From the NCBI RefSeq assembly GCF_964204645.1, contig NC_134029.1, positions 17,106,950 to 17,170,949 of the forward strand: DNA of 64,000 bases, in the 5' to 3' direction. This stretch comes from Tubulanus polymorphus (lineage: Eukaryota > Animalia > Nemertea). This document shows, one piece after another, positions 13,955 through 25,200 of the stretch (positions are counted from its first letter, which is position 1; each line of letters starts with the position of its first letter). Under the pieces are notes generated by a model, which was not told the DNA's origin, did no database searches, and was given only the letters and a program-made list of their open reading frames with translations. The translations under genes were made by a program, and so were the position numbers.

Positions 13955-14256
13955 CTGACTTTAAGTTTCATTTATATTTATACTCACTATTGTTGTTTAT
14001 AATCACCCCTTAGTTTGCTTCCCTTTAATCTATTTTAGGGTGTAACTGTTTCTATGTTAATTTTCCTTTAGTTTGTATCATCTCTGATTACTTGAATTAG
14101 TCTCTTTGTCTCTGGATTGTATATATATCTCATAATTTCTGTAGTATCTCATTATTCCTGAAGATGACTATTAGGATATAGTCGAAACGTTGAAATAAAC
14201 TACTATCTCGAAGTTTCATTTTCGGACTTTTTATTATCATTGTGGGATTCTCTCCT
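13955..14256 (+). mobile_element. Penelope-like element terminal repeat (pLTR) fragment
   Basis: Close reverse complement of 19252-19550, which follows a GIY-YIG ORF; contains a hammerhead core. Confidence 0.8.
14152..14198 (+). ncRNA. Minimal type I hammerhead ribozyme in PLE terminus
   Basis: ttattc-CTGAAGA-T-GACTAT(taggat)ATAGTC-GAAAC-GTT-gaaataa; perfect stem II, palindromic stem III AACGTT. Confidence 0.75.
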
Positions 14257-15140
14257 CATCGCGTCAACACGGATATAGTGTTCTACCAATCGTGATTTAT
14301 AATGATGTCTAGCCTTAAAGGCTAGACATCATTCAAGGGCTTTGAAGTGAGGTTTGATCATATCCAATGCATTTCATTGTGAGGATGTCATATTAAGGAT
14401 CACGGGTGACACATCTTGCTTATTAAAGAAAATTCTGAACTTGAATTTGTCGCCATATTCCCATATTCTACCAATGCCAGAGTCAATAAAATTCCAACAG
14501 GCCTAAAATAAGGCAGTATGAAAGTTATGAGTTTATCCATGAATGGGGCAACTCAAAACATTAGACAGGTCTTTATCCCTGGATCCACACAATATCACAC
14601 TGGTGGTTTTTTTATGTCAGACCTAAATCTGTTGTGAGGCAGCAGCACTGAAAGAGTTTAACTATTGATAACTCCCTCTATCCCTCTCTTTAGTCTTTAC
14701 GATATATTGCTTAAACACTTTATATTCAAAATAATCAATAATGTCAGCTACAGTTGTTCATACTTATCTATATCAAATATGGCTGAATACTGCAAATCAT
14801 CACATTCCAACATCAAACACTCACTTAAAATTATCCGTGTGTTGGTCAACTAGGCCTACATTGGTTGGTTGAACGCGCTTGCATAGTAATCAACCAATTA
14901 TTAGTCAGCTACAGCTAAGTGTTTATGGTATGGAACCTTTTTGGAGAATGATTTAGCTGGTTGCATGCGCCCTTTGGCTATCAATAAATTTACTATTTAA
15001 TTTGAATTTAAATTGATTTTCACAATATACGGCCGTTTTAAGTAGATTGCAGTGCGTATTTAATCAGCGCTGGGCGAAATCGACTCTCGTGCGCGATCAT
15101 TAATGAATCGGAAGGTGAAAAAACAAAATTGAAGACGTAC

Positions 15141-15195
15141 CAGATGTTTAAATTGTCACAAAATCGAAGAATTTAACGCCTGTGGAAAATGCACC
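15141..15195 (-). other. CANX: Probable non-coding first exon of calnexin
   Basis: The ATG exon has an acceptor and needs an upstream exon; CTG|GTACGT donor at 15140 lies in a CpG-richer island just downstream of the ERSE-like motif. TSS position is approximate. Confidence 0.55.
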
Positions 15196-15200
15196 GGCTG

Positions 15201-15219
15201 CGTGGATGAAGCTCATTCG
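15201..15219 (-). promoter_or_regulatory. ER stress response element (ERSE-like)
   Basis: Minus strand reads CGAAT-GAGCTTCAT-CCACG, matching CCAAT-N9-CCACG with one mismatch and exact spacing, directly upstream of calnexin. Confidence 0.65.
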
Positions 15220-16240
15220 CCGACAACGTAATGTACTAAACTGTGCGCAGCTTAGAAGCCGACCGGACGCTATGTTTCTCCAACGCCGTAGTCTGCAGCA
15301 GCAGCAGTCCGTGTTGTCTTGTGGACTACCTAAACTAGTGCTTGCTATATATAGTATAGCAGCCTTTTCTTGACCCCCCATTAAGAAAGACTTTGTTTTA
15401 TTTTATTTTTGTTCTGTTTGTAAATATTCTTATAACATACTTTCTTATGAAATAAATTGAAATTGAATTTTAAATTGCTTCCTGCACACGATGCACGCCA
15501 ATATTAGCATTTTGCACTTTCGATGTGAAGATTATTGTATCCCGACGAATATTCCTGATTTTCCCTATAAACTCTTAAACTCTTCGATTTTAATTTCTCC
15601 GTCGTTTCGGGTATTGTAGCTTTAAAGGATCGCTCCGAAAATGTAGTCGAAACGAAGGAAATTTCACTTATTCCAGAAAGCGCTCGAATTATCATATTTA
15701 AAAAGGCTCGCTAGTATTGAGGCCGAGGCTGAGCAAATGATAAGAGTTTTTTAGTGCGTGAAGTATTTGAAATCTTATGGAGTCTTGACATTTCAAACGT
15801 TGCCTCTTGATATATTCAATATTTTTGGAGCCACCCTAAATTCGTTCCCGCTATTCATCTGTTCGATCATACATGATGGTCTTGGTACATCTGAAATTTT
15901 GATAAATGTTTTTTGGCACATGTTTTGCTAAAGTTAGCTACTTTTAATTCAAGAAAAATCGATTGTCAATTGAATTTGTAACGCAGAAAATTTTACAAAT
16001 TGTGGTATGGTAGGCCTGATTTAGATATCTGTTTGATCTGAGTCAGTCAGTCATCATACGATTCAGATTGAAAATCGTTGTTGGGTTGTCGCTAACGCCA
16101 ACTGTCCATTCAATTAGATTCGGGTCTGTTCTGTTGTTGGGACGGCGTTCGCTAGGTTCCTGTTATTCCGACCTGTCTCTCTGTGTTGTTGAAAATATCG
16201 GTGACGGACGGTAGCCAGGCAGGCTGCGCCGACATGAAAA

Positions 16241-16264
16241 ATGGCTGACACAGTTGAATTAAAG
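16241..16264 (+). CDS. PIAS: PIAS exon 1 (MADTVELK)
   Basis: Resembles the PIAS1 N-terminus MADSAELK; aaaATGG context; AAG|gtaatt donor. Confidence 0.88.
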
Positions 16265-19200
16265 GTAATTTATTGTGTAAGACGTATCTGATTGATTTTC
16301 TCCAAATCCAACTCATTCAAATGCAAGATCATAGCTTGTTATGAAATGTGGTATGAGTCTCAAGGCCATTGGCATTGGTTGTTGCATTATATTTTTATTT
16401 ACGATGTGGCTACGGTTACAGAGTCTGTAAACGGAGTGCGAAGCTCCTGTTACGGAGTATAGTAATAGAAAGTGCATGCGCGATAGAGTAGATTTCTGAC
16501 TTTCTGGGATTTGAAACCATTACCAAACGAAAAAATAGTATAGTGCTTTACCCACTGAGCCACAGCATACAATGGCAAGCTTAACGAGTTAATTTTTATA
16601 TAGCCACACCTAACTGTAACCCTATTCCTTTATGCATGCAAGTACAAAGATAAAGTGCAAACTCTCCTGTAACCGGAGTTTGTTTTATTTATTATACCGC
16701 AGGGGGGCGTTGAATAGCTTCATAACTTGTTATTTGCATATTGTATTGGTTGCCCAGGCATATTTTACAACCACAAAGAGTTGCAAAATTGTAGCTTGTG
16801 ACATTTTCTATGATTGTCTTGAGTTTCAAGGTCATTGGTGTTTGTATGGTCACCAGGGAGTGTTGAATAATACAATAACTTAATACCTATGCCCCCGGCT
16901 CAACTTTAGTTGAGAGGGGCATATAGATTTACCCCTGTCGGAATACGACTCCGCCGCGAGTAACATATTTGCATATTGCAAATTGAATATTTTGTATGAA
17001 CTGGCTCTGGTGACGGGAGTCTGAACTAAATCTACCTACGCACATGCGTTAAGAATAGGGTTAGGGTTAGGTGAGGATATATATAAATCAACTTTCGTCC
17101 AGCCTGCAGTTGTGTTCTGGGACTCAGTGGGTAAATCTCTGGACCACTGCGAGATATCTTTCATTTGGTTTTGAATCGCAATAGTGCAAGTCAGAATTCT
17201 ACTATATCGTACATGCGCTTACCTTACTCCTGTAACTACGGGTAGTGCACTCCGTTAACGAACTCCGTAACTCTAGCCACAGCCTATTTTGTAAGGCCAC
17301 AAGTGATTGATACCTTGTTTCTTATCCTGTGAAAATTTTAAACCTAGGTGGGTATGCGGAAAACACAACACAAGTGAAAAAAAAAACACAAAAATCCTGA
17401 CTTGACAATATTGTTAAATTTGATGTAGATTCCAAACCTAGATGTGATATTTTCCATTAGTGACTCCGATCTAGTAGGCATCCCCGCAGCTTCTTCGCTG
17501 ACGGAGTTGCCTTAGTAGTTTCGACGTTAGGAAGCGACACGGGAAGTGCCTTCTTAATGGCTCCGGGAAGCAATAAGTCGGTGGTTATTAATTTATGATA
17601 CAATTCTTAAAACGTTAATGTGAATTTGTCGATCAAAATCACCTCTACTACTGTCCAAGGAACAAAAATAGATCCATATCTGTCGATAATTTTGACAGCC
17701 AGCTGGACCACTTCAACCGACTCGGCCATGATTACCTGACGGATCGCGCACACATGCAAGCAGTTCTATGATTGGCGCAGAGTACGTGATACGTCACATT
17801 CATTGATTAAGCAGCCAATAATATTCCATGAAACATTGTGTTATTCACATGTGCTCCACATAAACAAATAATCGCGGAGATGACTGATACTCGGTCATGT
17901 CTTTACCAAAACTGATTTACGAGGTAATTAAACATCTAACAACTCGATGTTTGCAAAACAGACAACAAAAAAACAAGAAAAAATAAAAAACAATGTTTTG
18001 ATCAAAGTTTTTTTATTCATAAAATTTCTATGTTTTTGCTATGCGGCAAATCGGGATCGTCAGGCCTACACGCGGGGAAGATAAGAAACAAGGTATCAAT
18101 TACTTGTGGCCTAACTACAATCACTCAGTAAAATTGTAGTCTGTGTAATATTCTATGATTATGTTGAGTCAGTCTCATTGCTTTCTTATCATGTTCACCA
18201 GGGGGCGTTGAATATGGAAATTTTCTGATTGGGGAGCATTTCACATCACTTCCCAAGTAGCCGTGGTGCCCCTGGACCCCTAGTTTGTGATTCAATGGAA
18301 GCTTGTCCTGCATAAATCTATTATCCAAATTGCTTCGTAGTACATGTAACTCAAAACATTAGACTAGAGGTGCTTCTTTAAAAACAGTTGAAGTGAACTA
18401 TCAAGCATGGCGAATGAGGTTGTGTTCTTGTAGCAATTGACAGATCAGATGCCAATAATTCACTAGTCGATGAAATACATCCCAGCTTTTTGCTCCGCTG
18501 GTGGTAATTCATTTGGATTCATAATTATGCGCTGTGGGTGGCCTTCTTATGGCGGGAATAAGGTGCTGTGAATCGTATGGGATATTGGGGAACATCAGCT
18601 CAATGGCTCCTCCCATGGAATAATTTAAGCAATTCATATTCATAATTGACTGACCATCAGTGGAGTCTTTTAGACTTGCTTTAAAACATCTTTAATTCAA
18701 AGAGTTGTATGATTAGTCGCTGTTTAAAAAATTAATGTTTTGTTAAGAGCTTTGAGATTGTTTTTACATGAAGCACTTTTAGAATAATAAATAATTTTCA
18801 TTACAATTTTTTTCAGCAAATGGTTATGAGTTTCCGTGTATCGGAACTGCAGGTATTGTTAGGTTTTGCTGGTCGTAATAAAACTGGACGCAAACAAGAT
18901 CTGTTACAACGCGCTTTGCTGCTCATACAGAAAGGATGTTCAACCCCAGTGCAAATAAAAATCAGAGAATTATATCGGTAAGATTAAGGGAATATGTATC
19001 CCGGAGGTCTTGCATTTGATGTTTATGTTTCCCATATCCCTCAATTTTAAAGGGGCTGTTGCATTCATTGTAATATATTAGTCTATCTATCAATGTGGCT
19101 TCGCTGCTGAGGGCCAAAGTTCGAAAGATTTTTGTAGGGGGTTTAAGATCTCGCACCCAAAAAGAACTTAATGGAAAAGGTACTTTAATTTTGGAGCAAT

Positions 19201-22200
19201 CAGCTATCTTTCATATCAACTCATTACTAAAAAGCAATCGGTAGTAGTGTAGAGAAAATCCCACAATATTAACGAAAAAGTCCGAAAATGTAACTCGAGA
19301 TAGTAGTTTATTTCAACGTTTCGACTATATCCTAATAGTCATCTTCAGGAATAATGAGATACTACAAAAATTATGAGATATATATACAATCCAGAGACAA
19401 GAGACTAATTCAAGAAATCAGAGATGATACAAACTAAAGGAAAATTAACGTAGAAACAGTTACACGCTAAAATAGATTATAGGGAAGCAAACCAAAGGGT
19501 AATTATAAACAACAATAGTGAGTATAAATATAAATTGAAACTTAGAATCAGAAATAAAGAGACAAACTAGGGGGCACTTAAATTAAAACAATGGTGAATA
19601 CAAGTTGAGAGACTAAAATTGATGAGTGACAAATAACAAAGAATCAACGGGGAAATCAAGTGTTGAGTTGAACCAGTTTACAGAGGAATTTTGATATAAG
19701 TTTATTATGGGGTGAAAAACCATTGTTAAGATTTACAACGTTGTTTGAATTTTCAATAATCAATGCAGATTCCAAAATATTTCTTTTAGTTTTATCGCTG
19801 CAAGGGTAAATTAATTCAGCATTAGCGAAATCAAAATTGTGTGAGGTCTGAAATACATGACGAGCAACTCCGCTTTCAGGTTTAAAGTTTTTTACATCTA
19901 ACTTGTGCTCTTTTAAGCGTTGGTTAAGGTGCCGACCTGTTTCTCCTATATATACTTTCACGGTCACAGGCCGTATCTGGCTAGTTGCCCAAGTTCTACT
20001 CCCGTCTACGGGAAGGCTGAAAGTTGCTGTCTAAAGCAACCGACTTGAGCTTGGCTGCAACGCGATGGGACTGAGCGCAGGAATTCCACAGTGATGCTAG
20101 TTTTCCGTTCATATTTGGATTTCCGGAAATTTTGGATCGCCGATGTCGATTCCGGAAATTGGGGGGAAATCAGAACTGTGACACGGTCACTCAGTTTAGT
20201 TCGGTCTTGAATAGAATTTTGAGCAGGGATAAAATGATTGATTGCAATTATAGCAGTGAAATGCTGTTTGCTATTAATCTTATCAACTACATAGGATACT
20301 GCATCTGAACCGCGATGGGGCGTATAAAGATGCAGGGGGAAGGTGGTGCGATTAGGTGGTGCGTACTGATGCAGCAGAACATATCACATGGATCATCTCC
20401 TGACTGCTGTTGTTCCAGTCCACAACTGTTGTCGGGAAGAAGGCGTTTCGAAACTCCTCGGTCGATGTTCTAAACTGGGAGTTTACAATCGTTCCGCCGT
20501 CTAGTTCTTCCGGAACCTTGGTTGATGTAATTTTCCTTGTGGATTGCAGGGACTGTTCCGTTTACTATTCTGGCCATGAGCGCTATGCGATTTTCTTGGC
20601 GGCGGAGGCGAGGCGAGGCGAGGCTTGACCAATTCAGCTCTTCCAGCATTGTTGTGACGCTACTGGTACGCTTATGGTTTCCGGTCACGAATCTCACGGC
20701 TCTCCGCTGCACTTTCTCAAGATGTTCAATGTTCTGTCGGTGGTACGGGTCCCAGACTGTCGACGCATACTCAAGCTTCGATCTGACCAGTGATATATAG
20801 GCTACTTCCTTTAGAGGTTTCGGGGCTTACCGAAGGTTACGCATTACAAAGCCCAGGGTCCTGCAAGCAGAGGCAACGGTTGAGTTAATGTGGGTATCCA
20901 ACTTCATGTCATTTGACAGCGTGATACCCAGATAAGGTGTTGAGGTGACAGTCTTCAGAATGTGGTACATATACGGTCTACTTGATGATTGACGGGTGAT
21001 CGGTAGGATGTAACACTTAGCTGCATTAAAACAAATGCCCCAGGTTTCCGCCCATGCCTGCAATGAGTCAAGGTCCTGTTGTAGGGTGTGCTGGTCCTTG
21101 ATGGAGTTTATTTCCTTATACAACAGGCAGTCATCAGCGAAAATTCTGACGTGTGAGCGGACATGGTCTGGTAGGTCGGTAATAAACAGAAGAAACATCA
21201 GTGGGCCTAATACAGTACCCTGAGGCACTCCTGACTCTACTGTAACCGATGCAGCCCCTTCCACGATAACTTCCTGGACTCTCCCGCAAAGAAAGTCAGC
21301 AATCCAGTCGCAAGTTGCTCCTCGGATTCCGTAGTTGTCGAGTTTCATTAGTAGACGCTGGTGGGGTACCTTGTCGAAGGCCTTACTAAAATCTAACACA
21401 GCCACATCAATCTGTTTCTTCTTATCGAAGGACTCAAACAAGTCGTGCATAGTTACTATCAGCTGTGTCTCACAAGAGTGACCCTTTCTGAAGCCGTGTT
21501 GATTTGATGACAAGATACCGTGCTCTTCGCAATGTTGGAGAATGCTTCTACATATTATATGCTCGAGAAGCTTGCTACTAACACATTTTAGAGAGACGGG
21601 TCTATAATTTTCTGCTTTGTGACGGTCGCCCTTCTTGTAGACAGGTGTTATGAATGCTTTCTTCCAATCCCAGGGAAGCTTGCCCTGTTGTAGCGACTGT
21701 TGGAAAATTGCTGTGAGGTTCTAGCTCCATCAAGTAAGGATTTATCATCAGTTCCTGTGAGGCTTCCGGGTTTTATTTTAAGATCTAAAATTGTATTTAT
21801 TTATTTGATTTGGTTTTTGGGTGGAATATTTTTATAAGCACTACAGAAAATATCATTGACCATTGTGCAAAGTCCGGGAAAAATTGCTTTTTCTCAAATC
21901 GGATAGATGACCTTGATATGCTAACTAGCCATGTGCTCAAACTACAAATTCAATTAAATTTTATTCTGCAAAAAATATCAAATCCAATTCAATTTTGTTT
22001 TATTGAGCAAATTTCTGAAAATTCAATTCTATTCCGCATAAAAATCAATAAGACGAAGGGAAAAGATTTATCTGATGTATTTGTTCCTGCCAGATCCAGT
22101 CGCTCTCTATGCTACTTTTGTATTCTACGATTGTATTGTGTAAATTATTAGATATTGACTCTCAGCTGGGAGTGTATTTTGACAAATTTAACCCACAGAA

Positions 22201-25200
22201 TGCATCATCATTTGCCATTTTATGAAAAGCTGACAGGCTGGCCATAGTGCCCCTTGGGGCTCTTGTCTGAAACTTTTTCGTGAATTTTTTTTTCTTGACC
22301 TCAGTTCACTTATATCCAAATTATTTATGTTTACTTTGTTGGCCCAAAAGTTATCAACAACATGCTATATAAATTTTCTGTGTCGGATACCTTGGTAACT
22401 ATTCTATGAAGTTTCAAATATACCCCTATAAACCCCTAAATTCCCTCCGGTACAGCAGTGGAGACACTATGTGGTATTGAAAGGGTTAAGTTAAATGGGT
22501 TATTTTTTCTGTTTTGTAGGAGAGTGACAGCACCGAGTCAACCGCAGATTTCAATGGCACCACCACCATCAGCGGTGTATGTATTTACCATTTTACACTA
22601 CAGGATGAACAAAAATTCTAGAATCGATCTGTAACGTTATAATTCATGATTGATTTCAGGAGACAGCAGTATCGTCCCCCGACCGCAACTAAAGAAACAA
22701 GTCAGTCACATCACACATTACTCCCTACTACTGTCACAGATAATAAATCATGTGAGTAGAAAAATCCCTTAATCTGGATTAAGTTGCTCCAAGGTTGGTT
22801 AAACATAACGAACAGATGAATACCATGGTAACAATGAACTTTTTATTGTCACTATGTCAACTGTCAACTGGTTAACTTAACCCACTTTTCAGCAACTGAA
22901 CCCAGCATGTTTCATGTTGCCTAGTTGCTACATATGTGAGAATAGGAACCTCTACTTGCTCCCAAAATTATCTATGTTAGATCTAGATCTTCATAAGATC
23001 ACATAAGTAACTATGGTATCCAAAGGTCAATGAAAAATTGTATATAAAAATTGGATTTTCTGCTTCAAGAATATTCGTATTTTATGTATTGATTAATATA
23101 CAGTTGAAAACTGTGAATTGGGAGAATGTTTTTAAGAAGCTAGGAAAATTCCTTCGAAATGCTTGGTGACAACGTAGCAACACAAAGATGACTGTGTTAT
23201 CCTTAGCACTAGACAGAACTGACAAACTAAGTAACCAAACAAAATGAAAATAACAGGATTAATGTTCAGACTGAAAGGTCTGACTTCATAATCCTCCGAA
23301 AAATAATGACTGAAGCAGTGGATATGTTTGGAACAAATGTATTAGACAGTTTTTAAGAAAAAACATGATGTTTCAAGTCAAAATTTCAAGTGGCCACTTG
23401 TGCATGCTACAGCATGCAATACAAATTGCAGTCTATGGAAATATAATGTAGATATCTCTGCATTATTTGTTCTTCTCATTCTTGGAAAACCACTGTTTTA
23501 CCGCTGTTTTCTTTTTCTTTTTATCAGTAGATTTCAGTATGAAATTACCGACTCCGCCTGCGCATTCCAACTATCCTGTTCTGCCTGATGTTAAATTCAA
23601 ACGGCTGCCATTTTACGATGTCCTCGGAGAACTTTTAAAGACGTGTACTTTGGGTAGGTATTCACATAAGATATCTACAGTAACAAATGATATAGCATCC
23701 TCGCTTGCCAGGGGTCCAATATCGCCCTGAATTTGCTTCCACCAACCCCCTGGGCTCATAACATGTGATTTCATTACTGGAGCTTTCACCCATTGTCATA
23801 TAATTAAGATTTGTCAAGTGAAAATACATGTACTTCCTTGTTTGCTTAAGTGTTCACTCATTGTCCATTTAATCAAAAATTCAACAGAAGCCTAATATTG
23901 TTTGTTACTATCACTGTGTTGGGCCTGACTGGATTCTGGTTGGTTGGTAAGGACTCCAACAAGTCACGAGGTCAAGGGTTCAGGGAACGGCTTTAGCTTA
24001 GTGAGTTCAAATCCCTTGACAGGTAAAGATGATGATATAGGCACACAACAATACCGCTCCTTTGACAGTACCAGTCAGCTCTGAAAATCGCTAATCTGTC
24101 AGATAATCATCTAGATTTTGGGTAAAGCCTTCTTTCGATGAAATATCTTGAGGCCTAGCGTATAAATGTAGTATAAATGTATAAGTGGTGGCGGCGGCAA
24201 CCTGTCCACCCAAGAAATCCTGAGCAATGTAATGGACTTGTGTAGTACAATCTACCACTATTTGTTACAAGAACTCATTACCTTTATGAACCAATTGATA
24301 TTGCGTTGAGATATCACTGTGTTCAACTCATGTGAGGAGGCAGCACCTTTTTTGACGCCTTATAAAACGTTACCACTATGAAACCTTAACAATGCTAACC
24401 ATTCAGCGTCATTTTACAAACGACAACCGTAAATCGATGTGCAAAACGTCACAGGTTTATGTGTACACATACAAGCTATTTGGCAAAATATTATTGATAA
24501 AGATGTAGAATGGCTCCCTGTGATTACATAATGACCTCTATTTGAACGTCGGAATGTTATATTGCATTGAATATCATGAGAAGACGTATTGTAATAGTAA
24601 ATGATGTATGATTATATCAGGAGCGGCAGGCATAAATAGAAATGATAAGTAAATCGGATTATTCTGTTAAATGGCGGATGTATACACGATTTGGAAGTCT
24701 GATATAAAAGTCAGACCCTGTCATGGGGATGCTAGTGGAATGACGAAGCTATCTACAATCTGAGTAGGGCCGGCGTGAATTTCATCGGCGGCTACAAGCG
24801 GTCTATATAAAAACGTGTAAACATATAATTTCAATATTCAAATGTTTTAGAAAATATGTTCGATATTAGGGGTATGCAGGTTTCATGAGATTAGCAATTT
24901 ATAATAGCATAGCTGTCATATACGGCTCCGCGTCCACTGATGGCATGTGTATAAGGTGACAATTCAATTCAATACTTTATTGATCCTTATTACATTGAAA
25001 TTCCGGGATAAAATTCCCAAATTCAATAAAGTTACAAATTTTAAACTAAGAAAATACAAAATACAAGACACACGGGTAATTCATACAGAATAACATGAAT
25101 AAGTTATTTAAACCAGACCCAGACTCAAGTCTAGGATATCGAGTGACAGCCAAACCGGGCCCCGGGACCGGGCCGGCTGGCTACACGATATGCTCGAAGT

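Larger units (their letters stand above)
19252..19967 (-). mobile_element. Penelope-like retroelement 3' fragment (GIY-YIG endonuclease + terminal repeat)
   Basis: ORF 19656-19967: [17 protein letters not shown]...SGVARH...HNFDF...RNILES...LN; followed by a pLTR with a hammerhead. Confidence 0.88.

Noticed and set aside
15148-15381. Short ORFs in the CANX/PIAS intergenic region
   Set aside because: Low-complexity GC-richer promoter sequence with no domain or splice support.
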